Shown: positions 1-11,394, counted from the stretch's first letter. The stretch: 64,000 nucleotides of DNA from Malacoraja senta (GCA_038087875.1 CM075989.1:25236001-25300000); one strand, 5' to 3'. The notes: generated by a model not told the origin, from the sequence alone. Numbers and translations are program-made.

Positions 1-127
1 GGTCAGGTAAAGGTGTGACTAGTGTGATGGGTCAGGTAAAGGTGTGATTGTCAGGTAGAGGTGGGTCAGGTAAAGGTGTGTCTCTGGTGTGGTGGGTCAG
101 GTAAATGTTCGATTCCTCTGCCCCCAG

Positions 128-291
128 CGCCGAACTGGATTGGATTACGAAAGCTGAGCGAGATTGATGTGTCTGACAACAGACTGGCGATCTTGCCAAC
201 GTCCTTGCTCCATTGCTTCAAGTCCCTCAGCTGCCTCATTGCTGCTGGGAATGTACTCAGATGCTTTCCTGAACCTTGGGCCTGTGGTTTG
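128..291 (+). CDS. LRRK1: LRRK1 coding exon (first in window, LRR domain; upstream exons lie outside the window)
   Basis: cccccag acceptor, gtaagt donor; [36 protein letters not shown]...FPEPWACGL resembles vertebrate LRRK1 WIGLRKLQELDISDN...PWACPL. Confidence 0.92.
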
Positions 292-556
292 GTAAGTGCG
301 TGCTGTTTATTCACAATGATTACATTGCTGAAGCAAGAGGCCGCGAGGTTCTGTTTTTTAGTATTTGTGCTGAAACTTTGCAGATGCTAGATGTCTGAAA
401 TAAAAACAGAAGGGTCTGTGAGATCGAGGCTTGACGTTGCCTGTTCCAGTGGCGATAGTTGCATCACGGCACTGGATAGGTTATATAACAGATTTATAAA
501 CAGTGCCGTGTGGAAGATATCCACTTTAATATGGACAGTTCCATCTGAAGAAAGCA

Positions 557-2023
557 TGTAGAGTTACTGCCTCACAGCGCCAGAGACTGGTTCAATCTGA
601 CCCCGGGTGCTGTCTGCGTGGAGTTTGCACTTTCTCCCTGTGACCACGTGAGTCTCCTCCGGGTGCTCCGGTTTCCTCCCACATCCCAAAGATGTGTGGA
701 TTTGTAGGTTAATTGTCCCTCCGTAAATTGCCCCCTAGTGTGTAGGGAGTGGATGTGAATGTGAGATAATGGGTGATTAATGGTCGGCATAAACTCAATG
801 TCAAGTCAAGTCACATTTATTTATATAGCACATTTAAAAAACAACTCTCGTTGGCCAAAGTGCTTTACATTTGTTATAAGAATAGTATAAACAAACAAAC
901 TACATACTATATACATATAGCCCTCGCTCAGAGGACGTCATGAAAGGCTTGGGAGAACAGATATGTCTTTAGTCTTGACTTAAAGGAGTCGATGGAGGGG
1001 GCAGTTCTGATGGGAAGGGGGATGCTGTTCCACAGTCTAGGGGCTGCAACCGCAAAGGTGCGGTCGCCCCTGAGCTTATGCCTAGACCGCGGGATATTCA
1101 GCAACCCCAAGTCGGCCGATCTGAGGGACCTGGAGGTGGAGTGGTGGGTGAGAAGACTTTTAATGTAGGTGGGGGCAAGCCCATTGAGGGCTTTGTAGAC
1201 ATAGAGGAGGATCTTGAAATGTATACGGAACCGCACAGGGAACCAGTGGAGAGAGGCCAGGATCGGGGTGATGTGGTCCCTTTTTCGGGTGCCCGTCAGG
1301 AGTCTCGCTGTGGCGTTTTGGACCAGTTGCAGGCGGGACAGGGAAGATTGGCTGATGCCAGTGTAAAGGGAGTTGCAGTAATGGGGTAAGTAGTGGGGTA
1401 AGGCTTCCAAGGCTGCCTACTATCATTTTGATTGAGTCCGAGGGGCCGAGAAGGATGACCTCAGACTTACTCTCGTTTAGTTGGAGGAAGTTCTGGGCCA
1501 TCCAACACTTTATATCCTCGAGGCAGCGGGTAAGGTTAAGCAGATTTGATTGTTTTTTGGGCTTCAGGGGGAGATAGAGTTGTGTATCGTCTGCGTAGCA
1601 ATGGAAGGAAATGCCGTGCCTTTCAATGACTTGGCCTAAGGGAGAAGAGAATGGGGCCAAAGATGGAACCTTGTGGAACCCAGAGCAGAGATTAGCTGGG
1701 GAGGAGAAAGAGTTGCCTATGTTTGTCGAGAAACTCCTACCTTTGAGGTAGGAGATGAACCAGCTCAGGGCAGTGCCATCAATACCAACCCCGTACCGGA
1801 GACGGTCAATTAGGATGGTGTGGTCGACGGTATCAAATGCTGCGCTGAGGTCAAGAAGGAGCAGGATTGCACAGTCGCCGGAGTCAACGGTGAGCAGTAG
1901 GTCATTATGTACCTTCAACAAGGCAGACTCTGTGCTGTGGTGAGCCCTGAAACCTGATTGGAAAGTTTCCAAGATAGTGGGCCAAAGGATCTGATTACAC
2001 GCTGTATCTCTAAACTAAACTAA
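557..2023 (+). mobile_element. HE1/V-SINE-type tRNA-derived SINE split by the L2 insertion
   Basis: SINE body 557-800; its 3' end (gtgggccaaagg...gctgtatctctaaactaaactaaa) resumes at about 1976-2023. Confidence 0.8.
800..1975 (-). mobile_element. 5'-truncated, frameshifted L2-clade LINE fragment nested in a SINE
   Basis: QSGFRAHHSTESALLKVHNDL, LLDLSAAFDTVDH, CYADDTQLY, YCNSLYTG...HITPILASLHW, FKSRLKTYLF; (TTGAC)n tail at 800-813. Confidence 0.9.
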
Positions 2024-2944
2024 ATGAGTACTCTTTAATTGTGTTGTAATGAGTCATAGACTTGCATTCTGCATGAAGGTGTGAAAATGTGTTTTGCAAG
2101 AATTATTGCGTGTTTGTAATCAATGTAGAAAAACACGGGATCCTGGCTGCCTCTCAGCAACAAATGGCTGTGGAGAATGTAGACATTAGTCTCCAGTGCA
2201 TGATGGCTTCTCATCTACTGACATGGAAAGCTTTGGTTCATCACGTCTATGCCAGCTCTCAACACGACCCAACTACCCCATTTCCACATTCGTTTCTCTG
2301 TGATGTATTGTCCTGCATGTTGGGCAAATTTACACCAATCAGGATGTCTTTGGGAGACACAAGGAACTATAGACGTTGGAATCTTGAGCAAAGCACCGTG
2401 TTGGAGGAACTCAGCGGCCAGGCAGCATCTGTGGAGGAAATGGACAGATGATGTATCGAGCCAGACTGAAGAAAGATTCTGATCCAAATCATCATCTGTC
2501 CATTCCCTCCACAGATGCCGCCTGACCGCTGAATTCCTCCAGCACTTTGCTCGAAATACGTTGAAGAAATAATATATTGTGGACAATAATGATCCAGTTA
2601 ATATATTATTCTTGGATTTCTGGGAGACATTTCTGATGTTGTTTCACGGAAGGTTGTTGTGAAGAATCTAAACTGGTGTAGTAGGTAGTATATTGATTGG
2701 ACTGGATAGATCAACACGTTAGCTGGATGTGAGAAGAAACTGAAGAACCCGGAGGAAACTCACACAGTCATAGAGTCATAGAATCATATAGTATGAACAC
2801 AGGCCCTTCGGCCCAACTTGTCCATGCTGACCCCGATGATAGTAGTCTCACCTGCCCGTATTTGGCCCATGTCCGTCTAAACTGAGGTTTGTTAGAGACA
2901 AATTCTACCTGACTAACTTAACTGAATTACTGAGGAAGTAACAG

Positions 2945-3250
2945 ATTAAGGTTTTAGTTTCGTTTAGAGACAAAGCATGGAATTAGGCCCCTTTGGCCCA
3001 CCAAATCCACGCTGACCATCGATCACCCATTCACACTCATTCTATGCTATCAGACTTTCTCATCCACTCCCTGTACATCAGGGGCAATTTACTGAGACTG
3101 ATTAACCCATCAACCCACATATCTTGGGATGCGGGAGGAAACTGGAGAGGAAATCCACGCGGTCACAGGGAGAACGTACAAACTCCACACAGTGGAACCC
3201 GAGTATCTGGCGCTGTGAGGCAGCAGCTCTACCTGCTGCGCCACTGTGCC
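2945..3250 (-). mobile_element. HE1/V-SINE-type SINE
   Basis: Reverse complement of tRNA-like head ggcacagtggcgcagcaggtagagctgctgcctcacagc, V-core and CR1-like tail. Confidence 0.75.
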
Positions 3251-4048
3251 ATACCATTGTGTTAGCACCTTACTAGAGTAGAGTAGTGGCGCAGCAGGTG
3301 GTCCTGATGCCACAGCTCCAGTAACTTGGGTTTAATCCCAACATCTGCTGCTGTCTGTGTGGAGTTTGCATGTTCTCCCTGTGACCGTGTGAGTTATCTC
3401 CAGGTGCTCTGGTTTCCTCCCACATCCAAAGAATGTTCGGGGTTGACAAGTCAATTGGTTCGTGTAGATTTCCCCCAGTCTGGTGACGGGTGGCAGTGTG
3501 GAGGACAAGATGGAAACGTGCAAACTCCACACAGACTGCAGCCAAGCCAACAAGGGAGTAGTCAGGCTGGAAACAGTGGGGTTGTCTGTCTTAGGGCAGT
3601 TGGGAGAGAATGTGACAGGAATGTTGTACACAGTGTGCTGGAGTAACTCAGCAGGTCAGGCAGCATTTGTTGGCACAAGTCTGACGTAAGTTCTAATGGT
3701 CTATTCCTGCTCCATTCTCCATTGTCTATGGCTTGGCAAAGAGGCAAAAACAACACTGTTCTCATTAGTCAGAAAGGCTGCAAAGCAGAGAAGATAAATT
3801 GAAGGTTTTACTGGAAGAACTGAGTAACACGAGAGAGTCGACCCAATGTTGGCGGAAATGTTGGTGGAAGGTTCCGTCACGGCTTTCCCACAGGATGAGT
3901 TGTGTAATTGAAGGCTCCGTAAGGCTTGGGGATAGGTCCATGGAGTGGGACCATCTGAACGGCCTTGACCTGATATCCCAAAAGGCTTTCAGTCTGGTAC
4001 TGACTTTCCTTCTCCATTCCAAGGGGAACAGCTGATTTCTCTGATGAG

Positions 4049-4510
4049 CACAGAGTGCTGGAGTAACTCAGCGGGTCAGGCAGCATCTGTGGAGAACATG
4101 GATAGGTGACGTTTCACAGAGTGCTGGAGTAACTCAGCGGGTCAGGCAGCATCTGTGGAGAACATGGATAGGTGACGTTTCACAGAGTGCTGGAGTAACT
4201 CAGCGGGTCAGGCAGCATCTGTGGAGAACATGGATAGGTGACGTTTCACAGAGTGCTGGAGTAACTCAGTGGGTCAGGCAGCATCTGTGGGGAACATGGA
4301 TAGGTGACGTTTCACAGAGTGCTGGAGTAACTCCGCGGGTCTGGCAGCAGCTCTGGGGAACATGGATATGTGACAGTTCAGGTTGGGAACTTTCTTCAGA
4401 CTGGTGCCAACTCTGTACTTCACCTACTAATGTTCTCCAGAGATGCTGCCTGACCTGTTGAGTTACTCCAGTACTTTGTGTCTTTTCTTTTGTAAACCAG
4501 CACCTGCAGT
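4049..4510. repeat. Five tandem 66-bp units of a Penelope-derived repeat followed by an inverted arm
   Basis: Unit cacagagtgctggagtaactcagcgggtcaggcagcatctgtggagaacatggataggtgacgttt starts at 4049, 4115, 4181, 4247, 4313; similar arrays at about 13700-13867 and 23780-23923. Confidence 0.85.
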
Positions 4511-5025
4511 ACCATGTTTCTCTTTTATAATTTGTATGGAGTTTGTACGTTCTCCCTGTGACCACATGGGTTTTCTCCAGGTGCTCCGGTTTCTTCCCAC
4601 ATTCCAAAGATGTGCAAGTTTGCAAGTTGAATGACTTCTGTAAATTGTCCCTAGTTTTTCAGGGTGTGAAAGTGGGATTACATTGAACTAGTGTACGGGT
4701 GATCGATGGTTGACATGGACTGGGTCGACCAAAGGGCCTGATTCCTCACAGTGCTCATACTAAACTAAACTAAACATAATGAATGCCTCCATTTGTAAAG
4801 CCTCTGATCCTATGAATTATTTGGAACAACCTTCTCTACTTCCTTGGCTTCAGTCTCGTTCCCATTCCACCTGCTGTTTACTCCTGCCACTTTCTGTTTA
4901 ATTGTTCTGTTTCCTTGCCTTTGGCTGCGCACAGTCCTGGGTCTCACTAAAAAATACATTTCACTTCTATTTCTCAACAGAGGTGATAATAAAGCCCAGC
5001 TAAAATACATATTCTTTTCTTCCAG

Positions 5026-5163
5026 AAATTCTGCAATGTTTCCAGAAATTCATTGGAATCTCTACCAAACAGCCTTTGTGTCTTCTGGAAGAACTATCTG
5101 AAGGAAGCAGATTTTTCCAACAATTTACTGAAGGAGTTACCATCAAACTTCTTTGAGCTTCAG
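5026..5163 (+). CDS. LRRK1: LRRK1 exon (window exon 2, LRR)
   Basis: ttccag/gtattt; KFCNVSRNSLESLPNSLCVFWKNYLKEADFSNNLLKELPSNFFELQ; phase 0/0. Confidence 0.92.
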
Positions 5164-5794
5164 GTATTTCTCAGAACTGTAGTATTTGACGGCCACAGTC
5201 TATATATGGATGAACTGGGAGCAGAACTTTTATCAAAGTCCCCACCTACCTACCTGTTCCAATATAATAGTTAACACAGAGGTTATGGGGAGAAGGCAGG
5301 AGAATGGGGTTAGGAGGGAGAGATAGATCAGCCACGATTGAATGGCGGAGTAGACTGGTTGGGCCGAATGGCCTAATTCTGCTCCTATCACTTATGACCA
5401 TGTGAATAATGATATGCAAGTATATAACTTTAATTCTCCTGCATCCCTGGAATGAAACAATGACATTCTCATTTGCCGGAGCTTTAAGGGCACATTAATT
5501 AATGCAACAACAACAAATAAATATACAATAATCAATTTACTCAGAGCTGCTGTAGATTTGGAAGCAACAGCAGGTGAAGATTAGCAAGAGAAAACACTGA
5601 TTGGCTCTAGCCCAAGAGGGAGCAGAGAAGTGAGTCAAAGCGGGGAAAACAGTTGAAAACTGAGGAATTTGGATTGTAAATTGGTAAATTAGGCAATTTA
5701 TCAGTCAATATAAGCAAGACTGCTCTTAGGGAGCGGCCTTGTGAGGGAAGTGTGAGTCTTTGGCTCGAGAGTCTTCGGCGAGGAGGCTGAGGAG

Positions 5795-6766
5795 ATGAGG
5801 CTACGCAAAACACTGCAGAGGGAGAGACGAAAGAAGGAGATGTCAGGCAAGCTGATTCAGTGTGATGCTTGCAGTATGTGGGAGGTCAAGGACACTGCTG
5901 GTGCCTCTGGCTGCTACAAATGTGACAAGTGCATCCAGGTACAGATCCTGAAGGACCGTGTTGGGGAACTGGAGAAGCAAGTGGATGACCTCAGGTTTGT
6001 CCGAGAAACGGAGTCGTTCCTCGACAAGTCCTACAGTAAGATTGTTACACCTAAGGTACTGGAAGAGAGAAGGTGGGAGACAGTGAGAAAGGGAGGGAAG
6101 CATGGAATGCAAACGTCCCCGGGTGTTGTACCTGTTGTGAACAGGTTCACCCACTTAGAAGCTGTCGGGACAGAAGACGTTTTAACACTGAGCGGCAGAC
6201 TGGCTTGCGATGCGAATAGGGCTGTTGAGCCAAAACCAAAAAGGCCAAAGTCAGGCAACGCCATTGTAGTGGGAGACTCCATTGTGAGAGGTACGGACAG
6301 GGGTTTCTGCGGCAACAGACGGGATTCGAGGATGGTGTGCTGCCTTCCTGGTGCCAGGATCCAGGATGTCACGGACAGAGTGCAGAAAATCCTCAAGGGC
6401 GAAAGTGAACAGCCGGAAGTGGTGGTGCATGTCGGCACAAACGATGTCGGAAAGAAGGGGATGAATAATCTGCAGCGTGACTTTAGAGAGCTCGGAAAAA
6501 TGCTGAAAAGCAGGACCTCCAGGGTTGTTATCTCCGGTTTGCTTCCAGTTCCTCGTGCTGACGAGAGCAGGAACAGGGAGATACGGGACCTGAATGTGTG
6601 GCTGAGGAACTGGTGCACGGGGCAGGGATTTAGATTCTTAGATCACTGGGATCTGTTTTGGAGTGAAAGGGAACTGTACAAAAGGGACGGATTGCATCTT
6701 AACAGGTGGGGGACCAGCATTCGGGCAGGCAGGTTTGCCACTGCTACACGGGTGGTTTTAAACTGA
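5795..6766 (+). CDS. CR1 ORF1p: CxxC/CxxC zinc finger, coiled coil, SGNH esterase domain
   Basis: CDAC...CDKC, heptad LKDRVGELEKQVDDL, SGNH blocks GDSIV, PGA, HVGTND, DGLHL; alternative ATG at 5840. Confidence 0.9.
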   Translation: MRLRKTLQRERRKKEMSGKLIQCDACSMWEVKDTAGASGCYKCDKCIQVQILKDRVGELEKQVDDLRFVRETESFLDKSYSKIVTPKVLEERRWETVRKGGKHGMQTSPGVVPVVNRFTHLEAVGTEDVLTLSGRLACDANRAVEPKPKRPKSGNAIVVGDSIVRGTDRGFCGNRRDSRMVCCLPGARIQDVTDRVQKILKGESEQPEVVVHVGTNDVGKKGMNNLQRDFRELGKMLKSRTSRVVISGLLPVPRADESRNREIRDLNVWLRNWCTGQGFRFLDHWDLFWSERELYKRDGLHLNRWGTSIRAGRFATATRVVLN

Positions 6767-9603
6767 ATAAGGTGGGTGGGGTGTCAAATGGGATAGTTGA
6801 GGATGGAGTTAAAGGGAAAGGGTTTCTTAAATGTGTGGGCGTAGAGACAGAGGGGTGTAAAATGAGGGTAGAAGCAATCGGTAGCAAGGTGAAAAGTAAA
6901 AGTGGCAGGCAGACAAATCCAGGGCAAAAATCAAAAAGGGCCAATTTTCAACATAATTGTATAAGGGGTAAGAGTGTTGTAAAAACAAGCCTGAAGGCTT
7001 TGTGTCTCAATGCAAGGAGCATTTGTAATAAGGTGGATGAGTTGAATGTGCTGGTAGCTATTAATGACTATGATATAGTTGGGATCACGGAGACATGGCT
7101 CCAGGGTGACCAAGGCTGGGAGCTGAACATCCAGGGATATTCAATATTCAGGAGGGATAGACAGAAAGGGAAAGGAGGTGGGGTAGCGTTGCTAGTTAGA
7201 GAGCAGATTAACGCAATAGAAAGGAAGGACATTAGCTTGGAGGATGCGGAATCGATATGGGTAGAGCTGCGAAACACTAAGGGGCAGAAAACGCTAGTGG
7301 GAGTTGTGTACAGGCCACCTAACAGTAGTAGTGGAGTTGGGGATGTCTTCAAACAGGAAATTAGAAATGCATGCAACAAAGGTAAAACAGTTATAATGGG
7401 TGACTTCAATCTACATATAGATTGGGTGAATCAAATTGGCAAGGGTGCTGAGGAAGAGGATTTCTTGCAACGTATGCGGGATAGTTTTCTAAACCAACAT
7501 GTAGAGGAATCAACGAGAGAGCAGGCTATTCTAGATTGGGTATTGAGTAATGAGGAAGGGTTAGTTAGCAGTCTTGTTGTGCGTGGCCCCTTGGGCAAGA
7601 GTGACCATAATATGGTTGAGTTATTCATTAGGATGGAGAGTGACATTGTTAATTCAGAAACAAGGGTCCTGAACTTAAAGAAAGGTAACTTTGAGGGTAT
7701 AAGAAGTGAATTGCCCAAGATAGACTGGCAATTGATTCTTAATGGGTTGACGGTAGGTATGCAATGGAAGGCATTTAAAGACTGCATGGATGAACTACAA
7801 CAATTGTTCATCCCAGTTTGGCAAAAGAATAAATCAGGGAAGGTAGTGCATCCATGGATAACAAGGGAAATCAGGGATAGTATCAAAACAAAAGATGAAG
7901 CGTACAAATTAGCCAGAAAAAGCAGCCTACCAGAGGACTGGGAGAAATTCAGAGTCCAGCAGAGGAGGACAAAGGGCTTAATTAGGAAAGGGAAAATAGA
8001 TTATGAAACAAAACTGGCAGTGAACATAAAAACTGACTGCAAAAGCTTTTATAGATATGTGAAGAGAAAAAGATTAGTTAAAACAAATGTAGGTCCCTTG
8101 CAGTCAGAAACAGGTGAATTGATCATGGGGAACAAGGACATGGCAGTCCAATTGAATAACTACTTTGGTTCTGTCTTCACTAAGGAAGACATAAATAATC
8201 TGCCGGAAATAGCAGGGGACCGGAGGTCAAATGAGATGGAGGAACTGAGTGAAATCCAGGTTAGCCGGGAAGTGGTGTTAGGTAAATTGAATGGATTAAA
8301 GGCCGATAAATCCCCAGGGCCAGATAGGCTGCATCCCAGAGTACTTAAGGAAGTAGCCCCAGAAATAGTGGATGCATTAGTGATAATTTTTCAAAACTCT
8401 TTAGATTCTGGAGTAGTTCCTGAGGATTGGAGGGTAGCTAATGTAACCCCACTTTTTAAGAAGGGAGGGAGAGAGAAAACGGGGAATTACAGACCAGTTA
8501 GTCTAACGTCGGTAGTGGGGAAACTGCTAGAATCATTTATTAAAGATGGGATAGCAGCACATTTGGAAAGTGGTGAAATCATTGGACAAAGTGAGCATGG
8601 ATTTATGAAAGGTAAATCATGTCTGACGAATCTTATAGAATTTTTCGAGGTTGTAACTAGTAGAATGGATAAGGGAGAACCAGTGGATGTGTTATATCTG
8701 GACTTTCAGAAGGCTTTCGACAAGGTCCCACATAAGAGATTAGTATACAAACTTAAAGCACACGGTATTGGGGGTTCAGTATTGATGTGGATAGAGAACT
8801 GGCTGGCAAACAGGAAGCAAAGAGTAGGAGTAAACGGGTCCTTTTCACAATGGCAGGCTGCGACTAGTGGGGTACCGCAAGGCTCAGTGCTGGGACCCCA
8901 GCTATTTACGATATATATTAATGATTTGGACGAGGGAATTGAATGCAACATCTCCAAGTTTGCGGATGACACGAAGCTGGGGGGCAGTGTTAGCTGTGAG
9001 GAGGATGCTCGGAGGCTGCAATGTGACTTGGATAGGCTGGGTGAGTGGGCAAATGCATGGCAGATGCAGTATAATGTGGATAAATGTGAGGTTATCCACT
9101 TTGGTGGCAAAAACAGGAAAGTAGACTATTATCTGAATGGTGGCCGATTAGGAAAAGGGGAGATGCAACGAGACCTGGGTGTCATGGTACACCAGTCATT
9201 AAAAGTAGGCATGCAGGTGCAGCAGGCAGTGAAGAAGGCGAATGGTATGTTAGCATTCATAGCAAAAGGATTTGAGTATAGGAGCAGGGAGGTTCTACTG
9301 CAGTTGTACAGGGTCTTGGTGAGACCACACCTGGAGTATTGCGTACAGTTTTGGTCTCCTAATCTGAGGAAAGACATTCTTGCCATAGAGGGAGTACAGA
9401 GAAGGTTCACCAGACTGATTCCTGGGATGTCAGGACTTTCATATGAAGAAAGACTGGATAGACTCGGTTTGTACTCGCTAGAATTTAGAAGATTGAGGGG
9501 GGATCTTATAGAAACGTACAAAATTCTTAAGGGGTTGGACAGGCTAGATGTAGGAAGATTGTTCCCAATGTTGGGGAAGTCCAGAACAAGGGGTCACAGT
9601 TAA
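6757..9603 (+). CDS. CR1 ORF2p: AP endonuclease plus reverse transcriptase (C-terminal 65 aa displaced by a 1-nt deletion; start uncertain)
   Basis: EN motifs NARS, TETW, YRPP, GDFN, SDHN; RT motifs YLDFQKAFDKV, GVPQGSVLGP, KFADDTK; first in-frame ATG at 6862; start given at the slippery site. Confidence 0.9.
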   Translation, partial: FKLNKVGGVSNGIVEDGVKGKGFLKCVGVETEGCKMRVEAIGSKVKSKSGRQTNPGQKSKRANFQHNCIRGKSVVKTSLKALCLNARSICNKVDELNVLVAINDYDIVGITETWLQGDQGWELNIQGYSIFRRDRQKGKGGGVALLVREQINAIERKDISLEDAESIWVELRNTKGQKTLVGVVYRPPNSSSGVGDVFKQEIRNACNKGKTVIMGDFNLHIDWVNQIGKGAEEEDFLQRMRDSFLNQHVEESTREQAILDWVLSNEEGLVSSLVVRGPLGKSDHNMVELFIRMESDIVNSETRVLNLKKGNFEGIRSELPKIDWQLILNGLTVGMQWKAFKDCMDELQQLFIPVWQKNKSGKVVHPWITREIRDSIKTKDEAYKLARKSSLPEDWEKFRVQQRRTKGLIRKGKIDYETKLAVNIKTDCKSFYRYVKRKRLVKTNVGPLQSETGELIMGNKDMAVQLNNYFGSVFTKEDINNLPEIAGDRRSNEMEELSEIQVSREVVLGKLNGLKADKSPGPDRLHPRVLKEVAPEIVDALVIIFQNSLDSGVVPEDWRVANVTPLFKKGGREKTGNYRPVSLTSVVGKLLESFIKDGIAAHLESGEIIGQSEHGFMKGKSCLTNLIEFFEVVTSRMDKGEPVDVLYLDFQKAFDKVPHKRLVYKLKAHGIGGSVLMWIENWLANRKQRVGVNGSFSQWQAATSGVPQGSVLGPQLFTIYINDLDEGIECNISKFADDTKLGGSVSCEEDARRLQCDLDRLGEWANAWQMQYNVDKCEVIHFGGKNRKVDYYLNGGRLGKGEMQRDLGVMVHQSLKVGMQVQQAVKKANGMLAFIAKGFEYRSREVLLQLYRVLVRPHLEYCVQFWSPNLRKDILAIEGVQRRFTRLIPGMSGLSYEERLDRLGLYSLEFRRLRGDLIETYKILKGLDRLDVGRLFPMLGKSRTRGHS

Positions 9604-10128
9604 GGATAAGGGGGAAATCTTTTAGGACCGAGATGAGGAAAACATTTTTCACACAGAGAGTGGTGAATCTGTGGAATTCTCTGCCACAGAAGGTAGTTGA
9701 GGCCAGTTCATTGGCTATATTTAAGAGGGAGTTAGATGTGGCCCTTGTGGCTAAAGGGATCAGGGGGTATGGAGAGAAAGCAGGTACAGGATACTGAGTT
9801 GGATGATCAGCCATGATCATATCGAATGGCGGTGCAGGCTCGAAGGGCCGAATGGCCTACTCCTGCACCTATTTTCTATGTTTCTATGATGCAATGAATC
9901 AGTAACACAAGGTTACCAGACTATTACAATACAAAATGCAACCAAAAAGCCAAGAGCTGTTTGCTGCTGATGTTAGTTGTGTTCAACACCCTGATTGTTG
10001 CTGGGAAGAAGCTGTTCATGTAACCTGGAGGTCACGGTTGTGAATGCTTCAATTATTCTTTATTGTCACGTGTACCGAGGTACAGTGAATCGCTTCTGTT
10101 CTGCACACACCCGGGAGTACCATGCAGC

Positions 10129-10414
10129 GCACCTGATGTAGGCAGCACACCTGATGTAGGCAGCCGCACCTGATGTAGGCAGCCGCACCTGATGTAGGCA
10201 GCCGCACCTGATGTAGGCAGTCGCACCTGATGTGGGCAGCACACCAGGTGCAGGCAGTCGCACCTGATGTAGGCAGTCGCACCTGATGTAGGCAGTCGCA
10301 CCTGATGTAGGCAGCACACCAGGTGCAGGCAGTCGCACCTGATGCAGGCAGCCGCACCTGATGCAGGCAGCCGCACCTGATGTAGGCAGCCGCACCTGAT
10401 GTAGGCAGTCGCAC
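10129..10414. repeat. 19-bp minisatellite
   Basis: Unit cacctgatgtaggcagccg, about 15 copies. Confidence 0.9.
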
Positions 10415-10928
10415 CAATGGACATGTGTCTGGCGTCAACAAAGTTACAAAGAACATTATGTCTACAATTGTGTCCCCACAGGTGGCATCACCCCCCTCCG
10501 GGCCCACCCTCCGTCCGTTCTCCCTTAGTTCTGGGCGGCCCCACCCCCACTGGGTCGCCCTCGCTCTCACCCCCCCCCCCCCCCCCCCCCTCGCTCCAGA
10601 TCGACACGCGTGTTGTATTAATCCTTCCCATCTGCAAGTCGGGTCACTTGCCGTTGCAGTTCTCCTGCATGACAGTAGATGGAGCTCCAGTCCAGCCTGC
10701 ACCAACACACCTGATGTCCCATTCCCACTCCATTCCCATCCCATTTCCACCCCATTCCCATCGTGTCCATGTCTACCTGATGCCCCGTCTCCATGTCCAG
10801 CCCCTGAACCCACCCACACATCTGACATTGCCCTGCATTGCTGATAGCAACCAGTGCATACTCTGATGTTAGTTTGAGCTGTGATCTTGCATCTAAACAA
10901 TCTCAGAGCTGTGTTTTATTTATACCAG

Positions 10929-11041
10929 GCACTGAATTCGCTAAAGCTCTCAGGCAATCAGTTGCAGTCACTTCCCTCCGTGGGCAGCTGGCAATGCCCC
11001 AGCCTCAGGTCGCTCGATCTCTCTCGAAACCAGTTTGGAAA
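10929..11041 (+). CDS. LRRK1: LRRK1 exon (window exon 3, LRR)
   Basis: ataccag/gtaagt; ALNSLKLSGNQLQSLPSVGSWQCPSLRSLDLSRNQFG; translated by hand, this frame is not in the ORF track. Confidence 0.9.
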
Positions 11042-11059
11042 GTAAGTAGTGTGGGTCAT

Positions 11060-11247
11060 GGGGGGCTGGGTCAGTGGGGGCTGGGTCAGTGGGGGCTGGG
11101 TCAGTGGGGGCTGGGTCAGTGGGGGCTGGGTCAGTGGGGGCTGAGTCAGTGGGTCAGTGGGGGCTGGGTCAGTGGGGAGTGGGTCAGTGGGGGCTGGGTC
11201 AGTGGGGGCTGGGTCAGCGGGGGCTGGGTCAGTGGGGGCTGGGTCAG
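11060..11247. repeat. 15-bp G-rich minisatellite
   Basis: Unit gggggctgggtcagt. Confidence 0.9.
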
Positions 11248-11323
11248 GGGAACGTGCCCCTTCCCACGGTATGGGATCTGATTACAAGCCGTGACTCACA
11301 CGTGTGTCTGTTTCTGTGTGCAG

Positions 11324-11394
11324 GGGAGAGGAACCGGCCAAGACCAGAAGAGTCACTTTCTTTACACCACGACTGAAGAGAGGGTTGGACACGA
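11324..11394 (+). CDS. LRRK1: LRRK1 exon (window exon 4, LRR loop)
   Basis: tgtgcag/gtaagt; (K)GEEPAKTRRVTFFTPRLKRGLDT, similar to human KTKRIAFFTTR; phases 2/1 fit neighbours. Confidence 0.85.

Larger units (their letters stand above)
5540..9888 (+). mobile_element. Near-intact full-length CR1-clade LINE (HER1-like) in an LRRK1 intron, sense orientation
   Basis: 5' UTR, ORF1, ORF2, 3' UTR ending in (TTTCTATG)2 octamer tail at 9873-9888; 5' boundary approximate; no clear TSD. Confidence 0.93.

Noticed and set aside
4049..4378. Regular repeats resembling a CRISPR array
   Set aside because: Head-to-tail 66-bp units with no unique spacers and no cas genes, in a vertebrate intron
5795..6766. 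Host or horizontally acquired SGNH/GDSL esterase gene
   Set aside because: It is the known esterase domain of CR1-clade ORF1p, directly upstream of EN-RT
10049..10900. 283-aa minus-strand Cys/His-rich ORF resembling a zinc finger
   Set aside because: Produced by the 19-bp minisatellite and a poly-C run; no real C2H2 spacing
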